NCBI RefSeq assembly: GCF_033153115.1
Contig: NW_026889751.1
Location: 20,956,001 to 21,020,000 of the forward strand
Reading direction: 5' to 3'
DNA length: 64,000 nt
Source: Saccostrea echinata
Lineage: Eukaryota
Shown here: piece after piece, positions 12,689 through 23,128 of the stretch
How positions within the stretch are numbered: position 1 is the stretch's first letter
Layout of the letters: each line of letters starts with the position of its first letter
Translations under genes and position numbers: made by a program
The notes under the pieces: model-generated
Databases searched by the model: none
Told to the model about the DNA's origin: nothing
What the model saw: only the letters and a program-made list of their open reading frames with translations

Positions 12689-13639
12689 CTAAAATGTAAT
12701 CAACTTAGGTCTGAGATAATGCTTATATGCATCTGACACCCATCTTCCCTTTCTTTGAATTTCTTGTTCAGATATGCCCGACAAATACATGTGAGTAGCA
12801 GCTCCTATTCTAAAAGAGTGCGTTTTGAAAGTTTTTGTTTCAATACCTAAAAATCTCAATGCTTTGTGTAATACACTTGAAAACTGGTATGCCGATAATG
12901 GTGTACCATTGATATGACAAAATAGAGGGCCATCCACCAGAGATCTGAATTGCAAGAAAGTTTCTAATAAATTAAAACACACTGTTGACTCTACTGATTT
13001 GCTGATAGTAATGACTAAACCTTTTCCACTCTGATCTGTTTTAGAAAAACGCAACTTTAATTTGATATTTTCATTACTTAACTGTAAATCTGAAAGGTGA
13101 AGTACATTTCTTCGACTCTTATTTGATGCTACTGCCATTTCACTTATTCTAAGAAGACCAAAAAATGCAGTTGCAAATGTAGACCCAAATAAGAAGTGCT
13201 CATATTTTGAATGTGTAACCATAGGTAAAACATCCAAAATTTTTAGTAAAAGCTGATATGTTACAGGACTTCTGATGTCCTTTGTAGGCTTAGATCTTCT
13301 TAAACCTGTTAACATTTTTTGCACAATGAAAGATTTGACTGGATTGTCCAATCCGTGCACTTGCAAACTGTGACTCAGGGCTGATAAATATACATTAGCT
13401 GTAGAATGAGAAAGATTTTTTGATGCTAGAAAAGCCACAAAATTGATTACATGATCTACTGGAGGTGGCCAAGATAGAGGCAAATTAAATTGTAATCTGA
13501 AGTCATTAAATACAACCATGGCTTTGTCATATGCAATTTTTGTGTTGTTGGAGAGGCTAGCTTCTATTAAATGATTGACATGCCCTTCAAAAGGTTCCAA
13601 AATTGAATAGGTACTTGATAAGGATGGCAATCTGCCCAT
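12689..13639 (-). CDS. Tyrosine recombinase (phage-integrase family) of the retrotransposon
   Basis: Catalytic residues LLRISE, KTDQ, HSFRIGAAT, GRW.S.AY..Y. First ATG at 13639; overlaps the RT ORF end. Confidence 0.93.
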   Translation of the reverse strand: MGRLPSLSSTYSILEPFEGHVNHLIEASLSNNTKIAYDKAMVVFNDFRLQFNLPLSWPPPVDHVINFVAFLASKNLSHSTANVYLSALSHSLQVHGLDNPVKSFIVQKMLTGLRRSKPTKDIRSPVTYQLLLKILDVLPMVTHSKYEHFLFGSTFATAFFGLLRISEMAVASNKSRRNVLHLSDLQLSNENIKLKLRFSKTDQSGKGLVITISKSVESTVCFNLLETFLQFRSLVDGPLFCHINGTPLSAYQFSSVLHKALRFLGIETKTFKTHSFRIGAATHMYLSGISEQEIQRKGRWVSDAYKHYLRPKLITF

Positions 13640-15222
13640 GGTGCTAACTGCCTGAATCTGTTCCACTGCAATCGAGAAATTGAATCTGCTATCTCATTTA
13701 TACAACCTCTTACATGAACTGCTTTAAACGGAATATTAAACTTCAAAGAAAGCAATACTAATTCTCTCATCAAAATCATTACCCTTGTATTCTTAGATGT
13801 TTTCCGATTCAAGATTTCAACCAAAGCTATATTGTCAGCATGCAATATTAATTTCTTATTTTGTAATTTGTCTGACCACAAGTAAAATCCTAAAACTATA
13901 GGAACAAACTCTAAAAAAGTGATGTCTTTTCTTATATCAACATTCCACTCCTGTGGCCAACAGAGATAAGACCAGGAAGTACCAAAAACCACACCACAAC
14001 CCACTGAACCTGAGCTATCTGAATAAAATTGTACATTTTTGTCAGATTCCCATTCCAATTCTGGAAATTTTGTTGTTCCATTAAATTCATCAAGAAATGT
14101 TAACCACATTTGGAGGTCACTATGTATTTCTTTGGAAAGTCGTACAAAGTGATGTGGCTTAGAAACACCAGACATTAAACCATATAAGCGGCATGTAAAT
14201 GCTCTACCTGCTGGCAAGGCCTTTGTAATAAAAGCTAATGAGCCAGCTAAAGACTGAAGCTGCCTTAATGTAATCTTAGATTTCCCTTGAATTTCAAGTA
14301 TTTCTTTTTGTAAAGATTCTACTTTATCCTTTGGAATGAAAATTGACTGATTAACTGAGTCTATACCTAAACCTAAGAACACTATATATGTTGTTGGACC
14401 TTCAGTTTTTTCCTCTGAAAGAGGAACACCTAATCTTTTACAGATATTTTGAAAAGAATCCATCATATATTTACAATTGTTTGTTCCATGAGCTCCAGCA
14501 AATAAAAAATCATCTAAGTAATGAACAATATTTTTCAAGTTGGTGTTATACTCTACCACCCATTGTAAAAAACTGGAAAATTTTTCAAACAAAGCACACG
14601 ATATGGCACAACCCATAGGTAAACATTTGTCTACATAATATTTATCAAGAAACTTAAAACCAAGCAGACTAAAATCTTCGGGTCTAATTGGTAACAACCT
14701 AAATGCATTTGAAATATCCATTTTCCTTAATTGTGCATTTGTCCCCAGTTTTTGTACCATGCTAACAGCTTGATCAAAAGATGAATAATTAACTGAACAA
14801 ATTTCAGGATTAATGAATTCGTTAATACTCTTTCCATGTGGAGCAGATAAATTGGTGATTAACCTCCAACCACCCTGTTTTTTAGGTAAAACTCCTATTG
14901 GGCTGCAATGAAAATTTTGAAATGGGGGGGCATCAAATGGACCCATTATGCGACCTAGGTCAATTTCTTTGTTCAGTTTAGCTAACAATTCATCTTTATG
15001 CTCTAATGCTGAAACCATATTTTTACAAGATACTGGATCCCGCGGACCCTCATAGTTCAATGAGAAACCAAATGTAAACCCATGTAAAAGTTGATTTGCC
15101 TCAGTTTTTTCTGGATAATCTTGTAACAAAATGTTTAAAGTGGTTACATTGATCGGTGTAAAACCTAGATCCCAAAGGCATGGATCTTTATTGCCGAAAT
15201 GGCCTTGAAAATCTTGATTGGG
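13567..15222 (-). CDS. Reverse transcriptase + RNase H (pol) of the retrotransposon
   Basis: WRLITNLS, KMDISNAFR, LPMG, YLDD, FLG; RNase H SDSSG, ITFLE, ADN, N.IADSISR. The frame is open from 15222; first ATG is at 15018. Confidence 0.93.
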   Translation of the reverse strand, partial: PNQDFQGHFGNKDPCLWDLGFTPINVTTLNILLQDYPEKTEANQLLHGFTFGFSLNYEGPRDPVSCKNMVSALEHKDELLAKLNKEIDLGRIMGPFDAPPFQNFHCSPIGVLPKKQGGWRLITNLSAPHGKSINEFINPEICSVNYSSFDQAVSMVQKLGTNAQLRKMDISNAFRLLPIRPEDFSLLGFKFLDKYYVDKCLPMGCAISCALFEKFSSFLQWVVEYNTNLKNIVHYLDDFLFAGAHGTNNCKYMMDSFQNICKRLGVPLSEEKTEGPTTYIVFLGLGIDSVNQSIFIPKDKVESLQKEILEIQGKSKITLRQLQSLAGSLAFITKALPAGRAFTCRLYGLMSGVSKPHHFVRLSKEIHSDLQMWLTFLDEFNGTTKFPELEWESDKNVQFYSDSSGSVGCGVVFGTSWSYLCWPQEWNVDIRKDITFLEFVPIVLGFYLWSDKLQNKKLILHADNIALVEILNRKTSKNTRVMILMRELVLLSLKFNIPFKAVHVRGCINEIADSISRLQWNRFRQLAPWADCHPYQVPIQFWNLLKGMSII

Positions 15223-16255
15223 TCACATTGGGATTGATGTTTTGACGACCGACATTGTGAGTAGCCCCTTTTGATGTACTATGGCTGGTTTGATTACTGT
15301 AACAGTTGATGGAGGGATGGTTTTTGCCGCACTTAAGACAAGAGTGTGAAAATCTACAATCTTTTTTAAGACATGAACCCTTCAAGTTGAAATCATAACA
15401 ACGCTTGTGCTGGTGCAAATTAGAAGTAGGCTTGCGTTCAGCGACTGCTGCCTGACCCATGTAAATCAACCATAATTCTGCATCAATGTTTTCCCAACTG
15501 ATCATACTATTTTTTGAGCGCCTAAGTCTAAACTGAATGTCATAATCCCTCCACCCTAGTGTAGTAGACCGAGAAGCCCCTAGCCTTATTGAACTGATAT
15601 ACTTTATTATGCCCTGAATGTGCTGTGGAAACTTTTTTAAGTAGATGGCAGCATAAATCAAAAAGGAATCAGTCCATTCCGAAATGTTTGCAATTTTTCT
15701 ATCCTTAGATTTATTTTTTATTTTAATTTCTCCATCTTCAAACACAAGCAGTTGCTGAATTTCAGCAGCTGGATCTAAATGCAATAACCTAGCAAGATCT
15801 ATATACTCATTATTCCAAATTTTTTCCTGTGTTGTCAATGGTATATTAGCCCCAAGATCTGATGTAATACTGACTAGGGGATTAACATGCATACCTGGCT
15901 GATACACAACATTTTTTGTTGCTGTAGTCATAGAGGTGTCTTGAAGCAGAGGCTGCACATCTGGAATATTTTGAGATGCGGCTACACTAAAGGTCTGTTG
16001 CAGCTGAGGCTGGTCACCTGTGATGTTCACTGGCAGTGTGGCATTCACGGGTCTGACCTCGGATGTGTCTTGTAGGCCACAGGTAGGAGCATAAATCACT
16101 TGGCTACCACTTCCCGCATGCTGTATTTGTGAGGACTCTTGTGTTGGTTGCACCGGGCGCGCCGAGGGGCCGGAAGCACGTGCAGGGCGTCTGGCATAAG
16201 GCGATTTTGTCTTGGATCTCCTTGTAGATCCCACTCTCAACAATCCAGTGCTCAT
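15188..16255 (-). CDS. Gag-like ORF1 of the retrotransposon (355 aa from ATG 16255)
   Basis: KIWNNEYIDL and W..YD..FR motifs typical of DIRS/Ngaro gag; C-terminal zinc fingers CYDFN..GSC....CRFSHSCLKCGKNHPSINC. Confidence 0.85.
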   Translation of the reverse strand: MSTGLLRVGSTRRSKTKSPYARRPARASGPSARPVQPTQESSQIQHAGSGSQVIYAPTCGLQDTSEVRPVNATLPVNITGDQPQLQQTFSVAASQNIPDVQPLLQDTSMTTATKNVVYQPGMHVNPLVSITSDLGANIPLTTQEKIWNNEYIDLARLLHLDPAAEIQQLLVFEDGEIKIKNKSKDRKIANISEWTDSFLIYAAIYLKKFPQHIQGIIKYISSIRLGASRSTTLGWRDYDIQFRLRRSKNSMISWENIDAELWLIYMGQAAVAERKPTSNLHQHKRCYDFNLKGSCLKKDCRFSHSCLKCGKNHPSINCYSNQTSHSTSKGATHNVGRQNINPNVTQSRFSRPFRQ

Positions 16256-16518
16256 TTTCTTGCAAATAATGAATAAAACCGTCAAAGATTTTCTTACTCC
16301 CAATTATTAATATTCCAACATGTGTTCTATTTAATCAAGCAATGAAAATAAAATTCTGTTGTTTTACATTACTATTTTCTAACAAATAAGTCAATAAATT
16401 TTAAACAAATTCCTTAAATATGAATTAATATGTTCGTCTTATGCGATTTTCATACTTAAATTTCTTCGATTGATACAATACTTAACCGATGATACTTGAT
16501 TTATTTTTGAACACCGAT

Positions 16519-16731
16519 GATTTCGTCTGCTCTGAACAAGATGGGGAGTTGAAAAGACCTAGCGCATGCTCATTAATACTGATGTATTATTAACCATAGA
16601 ATCGTCATGATAGGACCATATAATTCCGGAAAACGGGTTGCTCTTTGTAAGCAATACGTAATTTCAAAATAGAAAGCAATAAGCGTCATTCTCAATAACT
16701 GTATTTATCTTTTAGGGATAAATCTGATTAT
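16519..16731 (-). repeat. Split direct repeat A1 (213 bp)
   Basis: Identical to 11244-11456. Confidence 0.95.
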
Positions 16732-18641
16732 CTTCCTTTGCAATGCTAATATACTTTCCTTTGGCCTGTCTTTTCCTTATTATATAATCATTTAGTATTA
16801 ATTTTGTCTATATTGGGTTCATGATTAAAAATAAATATTCTGTTCTATACCAATCCAAACTTATACAATGTATTAAATAATCAAATAATAAACCAGAACC
16901 TCAAAGGACAATCAATGGGGATCGAAAACTGACTTGTCAATAAGAATTCTACAATGTCATGTCTGTATCCATTCGGCAAAATTTCCTGAAACTCGGATTT
17001 TTTTCTGGAACCCATCATTATACAGTCAAATGTGCTTTATAATATATATTTTTTGACTGTGCCTTTAAATTACATGCTCAAGTTTTGAAAATTCAATCTT
17101 CATATTGACTGTTGCTGCGTTCTATCCCCCTGTAGGGCGTGGTTTCAACATTCAGAGTGTGTTGTTTAAATCTTTTTTCAGAAACCTATATGCATAAATA
17201 GAATTTGGCACTTACAGACTTCCGTTGAATTTTAATGGGTTCATACTTAACTATGCCACATATTGAATGTCAGGTCATGCATTTTTTTTCTCCTAATGAA
17301 AGTAATTCTATCCCGACTCTTTACAGTGGCTTCTTAGTTTAGAATTTGATAAAGACTCTTCTATCAGTGTTTATACGGATTGTATGCAAGCAAATCGCAA
17401 AATATGTCTGTGTTTTAACTTGAAGAACGCGGAAAAAACGGTCGCCATTTGCCGCAGAAAAAATACATTAGCCGAGTTTAAGTAGGGCGGCGTAGCATTG
17501 AAGCCTGAAAGCATGTGCTTCCACATTGTTTGGTGGGGAAAATTGAATTCATGAAAAATTGAAATGCTTTGAAATAAAACTTTAAAACAAACTTTGAAGA
17601 AAAAACTGATTTGTAATAAAGGATGTATTCACTATTTGAAAAGAATTGTCCTATAAGAGAGAACAATTTCCCGGAAAAAGTCACTTTTAAAAATCAATGT
17701 TCATTAGTTGTTAACTAACGTATATATATCTAAATTTTTCAAATTTGTATTTTGAACCTGAAATTTATTATTTACATCTTAAAAGTAAATTAGAATATTA
17801 GTATTTATTGATTTAGTTTAGAATCAAAGTAGTATATGTTAGATTGCATCAAACTTATTTTCCCATTATTTTATCAAAAGAATAAAATCTACTTATTGGA
17901 GAATCAAGAAGAGAACTCAAAGTAAAGAAACAGATATCAGAAAAAAGATCTGAGGAATAACCAAAGATGCATGTTTTTATACCCCTGCAACAAAGTTTGG
18001 GGGGTGGTGGTGGTAAATTGGAATCACTTTACAACATACAATACAAAACATACACAACATTATCAATTATACAACATTCAACGTGCTTAATCTTACTTTA
18101 TATGATTATTTATACAGACATAAATATAAACAAAATGTCATTCTTTGTCCGCTAGCGGGTTTTGTATTTATTTATTTATTTATTTTACAACAGCTGCAAC
18201 ATTAATTCCCATACCAATAACGAAAGAAAACATTTATTGTTTAAATAAATGACGGAATAGGTGTTTACCAAAGAATGAAAATTTTATTCTTAAGTCAAAA
18301 GATCAACCTTAACGCATATATCGTTATTGTAGAAGATTTAAAAAAAACAAGGTGATTTCATATATAAAGAAAATGGACGAACCTCTCCCTTTTTCTCCTT
18401 CTGATATCATCACTATAGGTCCTTGACGACATGATATTGACAGTATAATAAAGGGTTCAATAGTTACGGTTCAGATCAGATAGATTCAGACAACCATGCC
18501 AAAGCCAGATGTTTCCTTCTATTAGGAGAGACAGAAATTTGGATGAATTTGTAAATTATACTTCATGTAAATGAGTTTAATTTGATTTGTCGATAATCAT
18601 TTGTTTAAAAAAAAACTGAATGTTGAAACCACGCCCTCCAG

Positions 18642-18859
18642 GCTCCGGGATCATGAAACATCTTAAGCTTAAGTCAAAATATTCATGTCGTATTAAAATT
18701 TTGATTAAGTCAAGCAGACAAAAATTAAACTATTTGTCAATATTGCTTCACAAAAGTGTTGTTATCTCCAAATTTAGAGATTCATTCAACAATTAAAAAA
18801 CATTTAACAGGTGATTAAAAATTTGACTTAAGTCTAAGTCTGTTTCATGATCCTGGGAC
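18642..18859. mobile_element. PIF/Harbinger-like MITE with CAG target-site duplication
   Basis: TIRs gctccgggatcatgaaaca / tgtttcatgatcctgggac, flanked by CAG; the paralogous empty site 'ccctccagggggat' is at 3111-3124. Confidence 0.8.
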
Positions 18860-19131
18860 CAGGGGGATATATCGCAGCAACAGTCAACATGATATGCACA
18901 CGGTTCACCGTTATATTTGAATAAAACATTCAGTATAATATATAGAACATCATACCTTTAAAAATGTTTTCTGTAGGCCTATGTATACATTTATATGGAT
19001 AAAAGTTCCAATGTTTTACTGAGTGATCCCCAAAAAATCAATGTTAGACCGGAGAGTGAGATATTCGACTTGTCGACCAGATATTGGACCACTTGCGTTA
19101 CACTAGTACTGTGGGTGGGACCAGCTATATA

Positions 19132-20010
19132 ACACAATGAAATGTTTGAAAAACGTATTCCACTGCAAATCTTAATGTCGCTTCATTCATTTACAAATTT
19201 CAAGATGAAATTTTCAGCCGTATATGCGTTCCAAATAGATTTCAATGAATGTTAAAGAAACTTTTTTTCTATATAAAAAGAAAACAAACCACTTCTTGCA
19301 AAGAAATGCATGGATTTTCTTTCATACGAAGTCATGACATGGTCGCTGAAAATCATTTAACTTCCGTAACGATTTTGTTTTAAATTGCACCCACAGAATG
19401 CACATTTCAAAAACCTATTATCGATTCTAGTTGCGAGTCAACTATTTTAGATCATAACATTTTCGACATAACAAAATTAATTAGACAAAAACAGTTGTCT
19501 CTCTTAAAAATCTAACTTCCGTAACGGTAATTCAGCAAATTTTTCGCATTAAGGGTTTATTTTTAAAATATTTTTTGGGGAAGCGAAATGCTTCTTTTTT
19601 TTATTAACATCTTAAAACAAACTTTTTAACTTTTATTGCTGGAAATTAACTTCCTTAACGATTAACTTCCGTAATGATATTTTTCACGAAATTTAACTTA
19701 TTGTCGGATTCATGCGAGACTTCATTCATTAATCATACTTAAGCATTCTATACTGAAAATCAGAAAACAAAAATTGGTCAAATTCAGCTTTATTTAAAAA
19801 AATAATAAGAATTGTTCAAGCATTAACTTCCGTAACATTACATTTAAATCAACGGTATATTAATATTATAAAAAGTTAACGATAGCAGATTTGTGGACAA
19901 TTTTTTTTTTTTAAGTTCACCGATATGTTTTAGAGAATTATAAATTTGATTTTGCTATTTGAAACAATTATTTTTTATGTTTTACACCCTGAATTGGTCC
20001 TTTATGGTAG
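19132..20010. mobile_element. DNA transposon fragment with dispersed 'aacttccgtaa' motifs
   Basis: Absent from duplication copy 1; begins CACAATG; motif repeated about 5 times. Confidence 0.35.
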
Positions 20011-20565
20011 AATGACTGATAAGTGGTTTGTTGCACTCTTTAATTTTATATTGAAGGTATTTTTAATTATTTCACAGCAATTTTGTCAGGAGAATTAATG
20101 CGTGAATCAATTTTTAGACAACAACAAATTAAAAAGATCGTTATATTCCATCTTTATTTCCTCTTTTCAGAGATTTTACAATGCATACAATTCATATTAA
20201 TATGTTATGTTAGGAACATCAAATTGTATATAAATGACATTAAAAAGGAAAAAGAAGGATATACAAACTTATTTACAAGATCAGTAATGAATGGGAGAAA
20301 ATTTTGTTTAATTGGATCGAAGCCTTGCTCAAATAGGCAGAGGCATTGCAGATTAACTTCGCACAACAAGGAATAGATTCTTTTTGATCATGCTTGCCTT
20401 CCATTGTTATTGTTGGAAGGCCATCTAATAACGTAAAATACAAGTCATAATCACACATGAATTAATTCTACCTATAAACAAACATCAAATTCGTTCACTA
20501 TACAATCAGAAAAAAGGAGTTCCTGATATTCTCTGTGGTAGAACACCACAATACGACATAATATA

Positions 20566-20729
20566 CAGTAAAACCTAGTTATTTCGAACTCAATGGGACC
20601 CAGAAGACACTTCGAGATATTCGAGGATTCAAGATATCGAAATTAAAATATATAATGAAAAAGGGATTGGGACTTTCAAATCACTCCAACATATCCATGT
20701 TATTCAAGATATTAGTGTTTGAGATACTG
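20566..20729. mobile_element. Short Tc1/Tigger-like MITE remnant
   Basis: ta-cagtaaaacctagttatttcgaac ... gagatactg-ta; related remnant at about 44848. Confidence 0.45.
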
Positions 20730-20809
20730 TATATAACGGAAGGGATCTCAGAGAGTACACGTTCAGTGGGTTAACAGTCTATAATTTTACAACAAATTTT
20801 ATCAGACTA

Positions 20810-21410
20810 GTTTCATCAAGAAAAAAAAATTGAATTTATTTATTCTTGCTGGAGCTATGCTGGTGTGTATATCCTTGAACATTACAAATTCTTTGTTTCG
20901 GTTCTGGTTGTCCAGGATAAGTTTTGATAGTGATGAACTGATTTGGCGTACTATGTTCTTCAAGGCATTTCTACCACGCAACCTTGCTTTTAGAAATATT
21001 TGCAGGCATAGTTTAAGAGATTGTACATTCTAACGTTTGCCAAATGGGATAAAACCAGATATGTTTTCCTTCGTTCGTTATAAAGTCACATATTCTGAAC
21101 ATGATAAAACGTCCAATCCATAAGGTCACACAGTTTACCAAAAAACAGGAGCTTGCTTTGATCAATTTCTGCGGAGATGGGATCCGTACGTTCCAACCAT
21201 GTTTTCGCACAAATCGGAACAGGTTATCTAAAATTTTGAATGGCTGCATGGAAAGAGTTAGTGGTTTTGAGTTGTTTGACAAGTCACTTCGAAAACCGAA
21301 ATATGATTTCCTGCAGATTGTTATAGTCTTAACTGCTGTGTTTGATTTATATTGTCCTCGCTTGGCTAGTGAGGGTCCAAATATGAGCAACTTGTGTTCA
21401 GCCTCTGTAT
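20810..21410 (-). pseudogene. Decayed LINE ORF2 3' fragment
   Basis: Frameshifted minus-strand peptide 'CENMVGTY..ISAEIDQSKLLFFGKLCDL' resembles the post-RT region of non-LTR ORF2; recognised from memory only. Confidence 0.4.
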
Positions 21411-21415
21411 GCTGG

Positions 21416-21752
21416 CCTTAAAGGAAGACAAGTTGTATAAAAAGTTTAGATATTTTATTAACAAGAAACCGCAACTCAAATAAAAATCAAAGTAATAATT
21501 TAACAAAACATTCTGAAAATAAAAATATTAATAAGTAACTATTATGAACATTTAAAATTTTTCTCTTTTTTACAGAATTCTGTTTCTAATAATTTTACAA
21601 AGCAGTTTCAAGTAAACAATTTATTAGCATTACACCGATTCTAAAATGATGAATATACTTAGATATATATTTATACAATAAAACATACGTACCTTAAAGG
21701 AAGACAAGTTGTATAAAAAGTTTAGATATTTTATTAACAAGAAACCGCAACT
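21416..21752. repeat. 61 bp exact direct repeat pair (21416-21476 and 21692-21752)
   Basis: ccttaaaggaagacaagttgtataaaaagtttagatattttattaacaagaaaccgcaact occurs twice. Confidence 0.9.
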
Positions 21753-23128
21753 GAGGTTGTCAGGGCGCGCACTGCCGTTTTATACCCCAGAACCGGTTTC
21801 CATGACATTTTCACAACTTGTCGACCTAATTCCAGCACCCATGTGATAAGGATTCATTCGGACAACACGCGACCATTGTTTTATGAGTAAATTAATTAAA
21901 ATCTCAACTGACATATCTAATTCTTTATGCCTCAACCGGCTATATTCGTTTGATACGAATATCTCATATGTCCGAATGATTTAATGTGTTTATGGTTACC
22001 GTGCCTGATCTATGTGTTACAGTTTATAAACAAAAGGAATACATGTCATGTTGACCTTCTTTACAATTGAACCAATTAATCTACAGCCTAACTCTGCACT
22101 TAAACCACAAACACATACGTGTAGTACAAAATAGTGATAAAAATAGAAATAATCAGTGATATTAAATTATTAAGGTAAAAATGAAAATAATACAAAAAAT
22201 TCTATATCACTTTGTAACAGCTTGTCAATGTCCTCTCTATAAAGATTTAAATTGAGATTTGTAATTATCATTCAAAGGAATAAATTCATTTCTTCGTATC
22301 CCAGGGTTGCTGTACATGTGCTGTGACGACCAAATATGACGATACTGGATCTTTTAGCATTAAAACAGAAACGCCATAGACATGACGTTGAGTTCCATTA
22401 ATAAAATTCAGTTCTGCTGATGTGATGAGATATTTTGCCAGCATTTTTTGTACACCAGTAGTACTTGCACTCGAACTTGCACTCAGCTAGTGTTGGATTT
22501 GTTGATTTAACATTATAAAAATTGTGTTCTGTACGTTCAAGTAAATCTAACAATTCATTGCATGATAAATACACAATATGAAAATACCAAAAGCACTCCT
22601 CCTTGTCTAAAACCCTAACACAAGTTTGTATGAATACAATTCAACGATTTGCAATATAGTAACCATATAATTTGCAAAATTCTGACTTTAAAAGTACAGT
22701 GTAGTTGTTAAAATCCCTGTAACGTCAGCTTATTTGTCAGTTGATTTCATTGAACTCAGAGCATGCTCTTGCGTATGGAATCGGTTGGGAGACCAAAATA
22801 CTATATGCATTTACAAATGATAGTGGAATATCACTATATACACTTGTACGTATACATGTATAAATTTGTACAGATTTGAGAGCTAGGTAAGCACAATTTT
22901 CCTTTCTTTTCACATTTTGAAAATATTGATTTGATTAATAATTTAATAATTGTTTTGACAGGTCTGATTATAAGTAAATAAGACATACATTAGGATATTC
23001 CCAGTGTTCTTCTTGTTATAGATCTCATTTATATTTACATTTTAAATCCAATTGCGGGGTAAATTATATTCCATTATTTTGGATATACCAAGATTGGCAT
23101 ATTTTTAAACAAACTCTGCATAATAAAT

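Larger units (their letters stand above)
10727..16731 (-). mobile_element. Ngaro/DIRS-type tyrosine-recombinase retrotransposon, apparently intact, with split direct repeats and SGNH hydrolase
   Basis: Minus-strand order A1-gag-RT/RH-YR-SGNH-B1-A2-spacer-B2. Repeat pairs identical by eye. ATTAT at both element ends and at the B1/A2 junction. Absent from the paralogous duplication copy. Confidence 0.93.
2440..17480. repeat. Tandem segmental duplication, copy 1 (contains acyl-CoA synthetase gene 1)
   Basis: Collinear homology with 17958-28490, from 'taaccaaagatgcatgtt' to 'gtcgc..attgcc.cagaa.aaatacatta', interrupted by copy-specific insertions and deletions. Confidence 0.9.

Noticed and set aside
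12689-13666. Prophage or bacterial integrase / contamination
   Set aside because: It sits in a gag-RT-YR unit with split repeats, embedded in duplicated host sequence.
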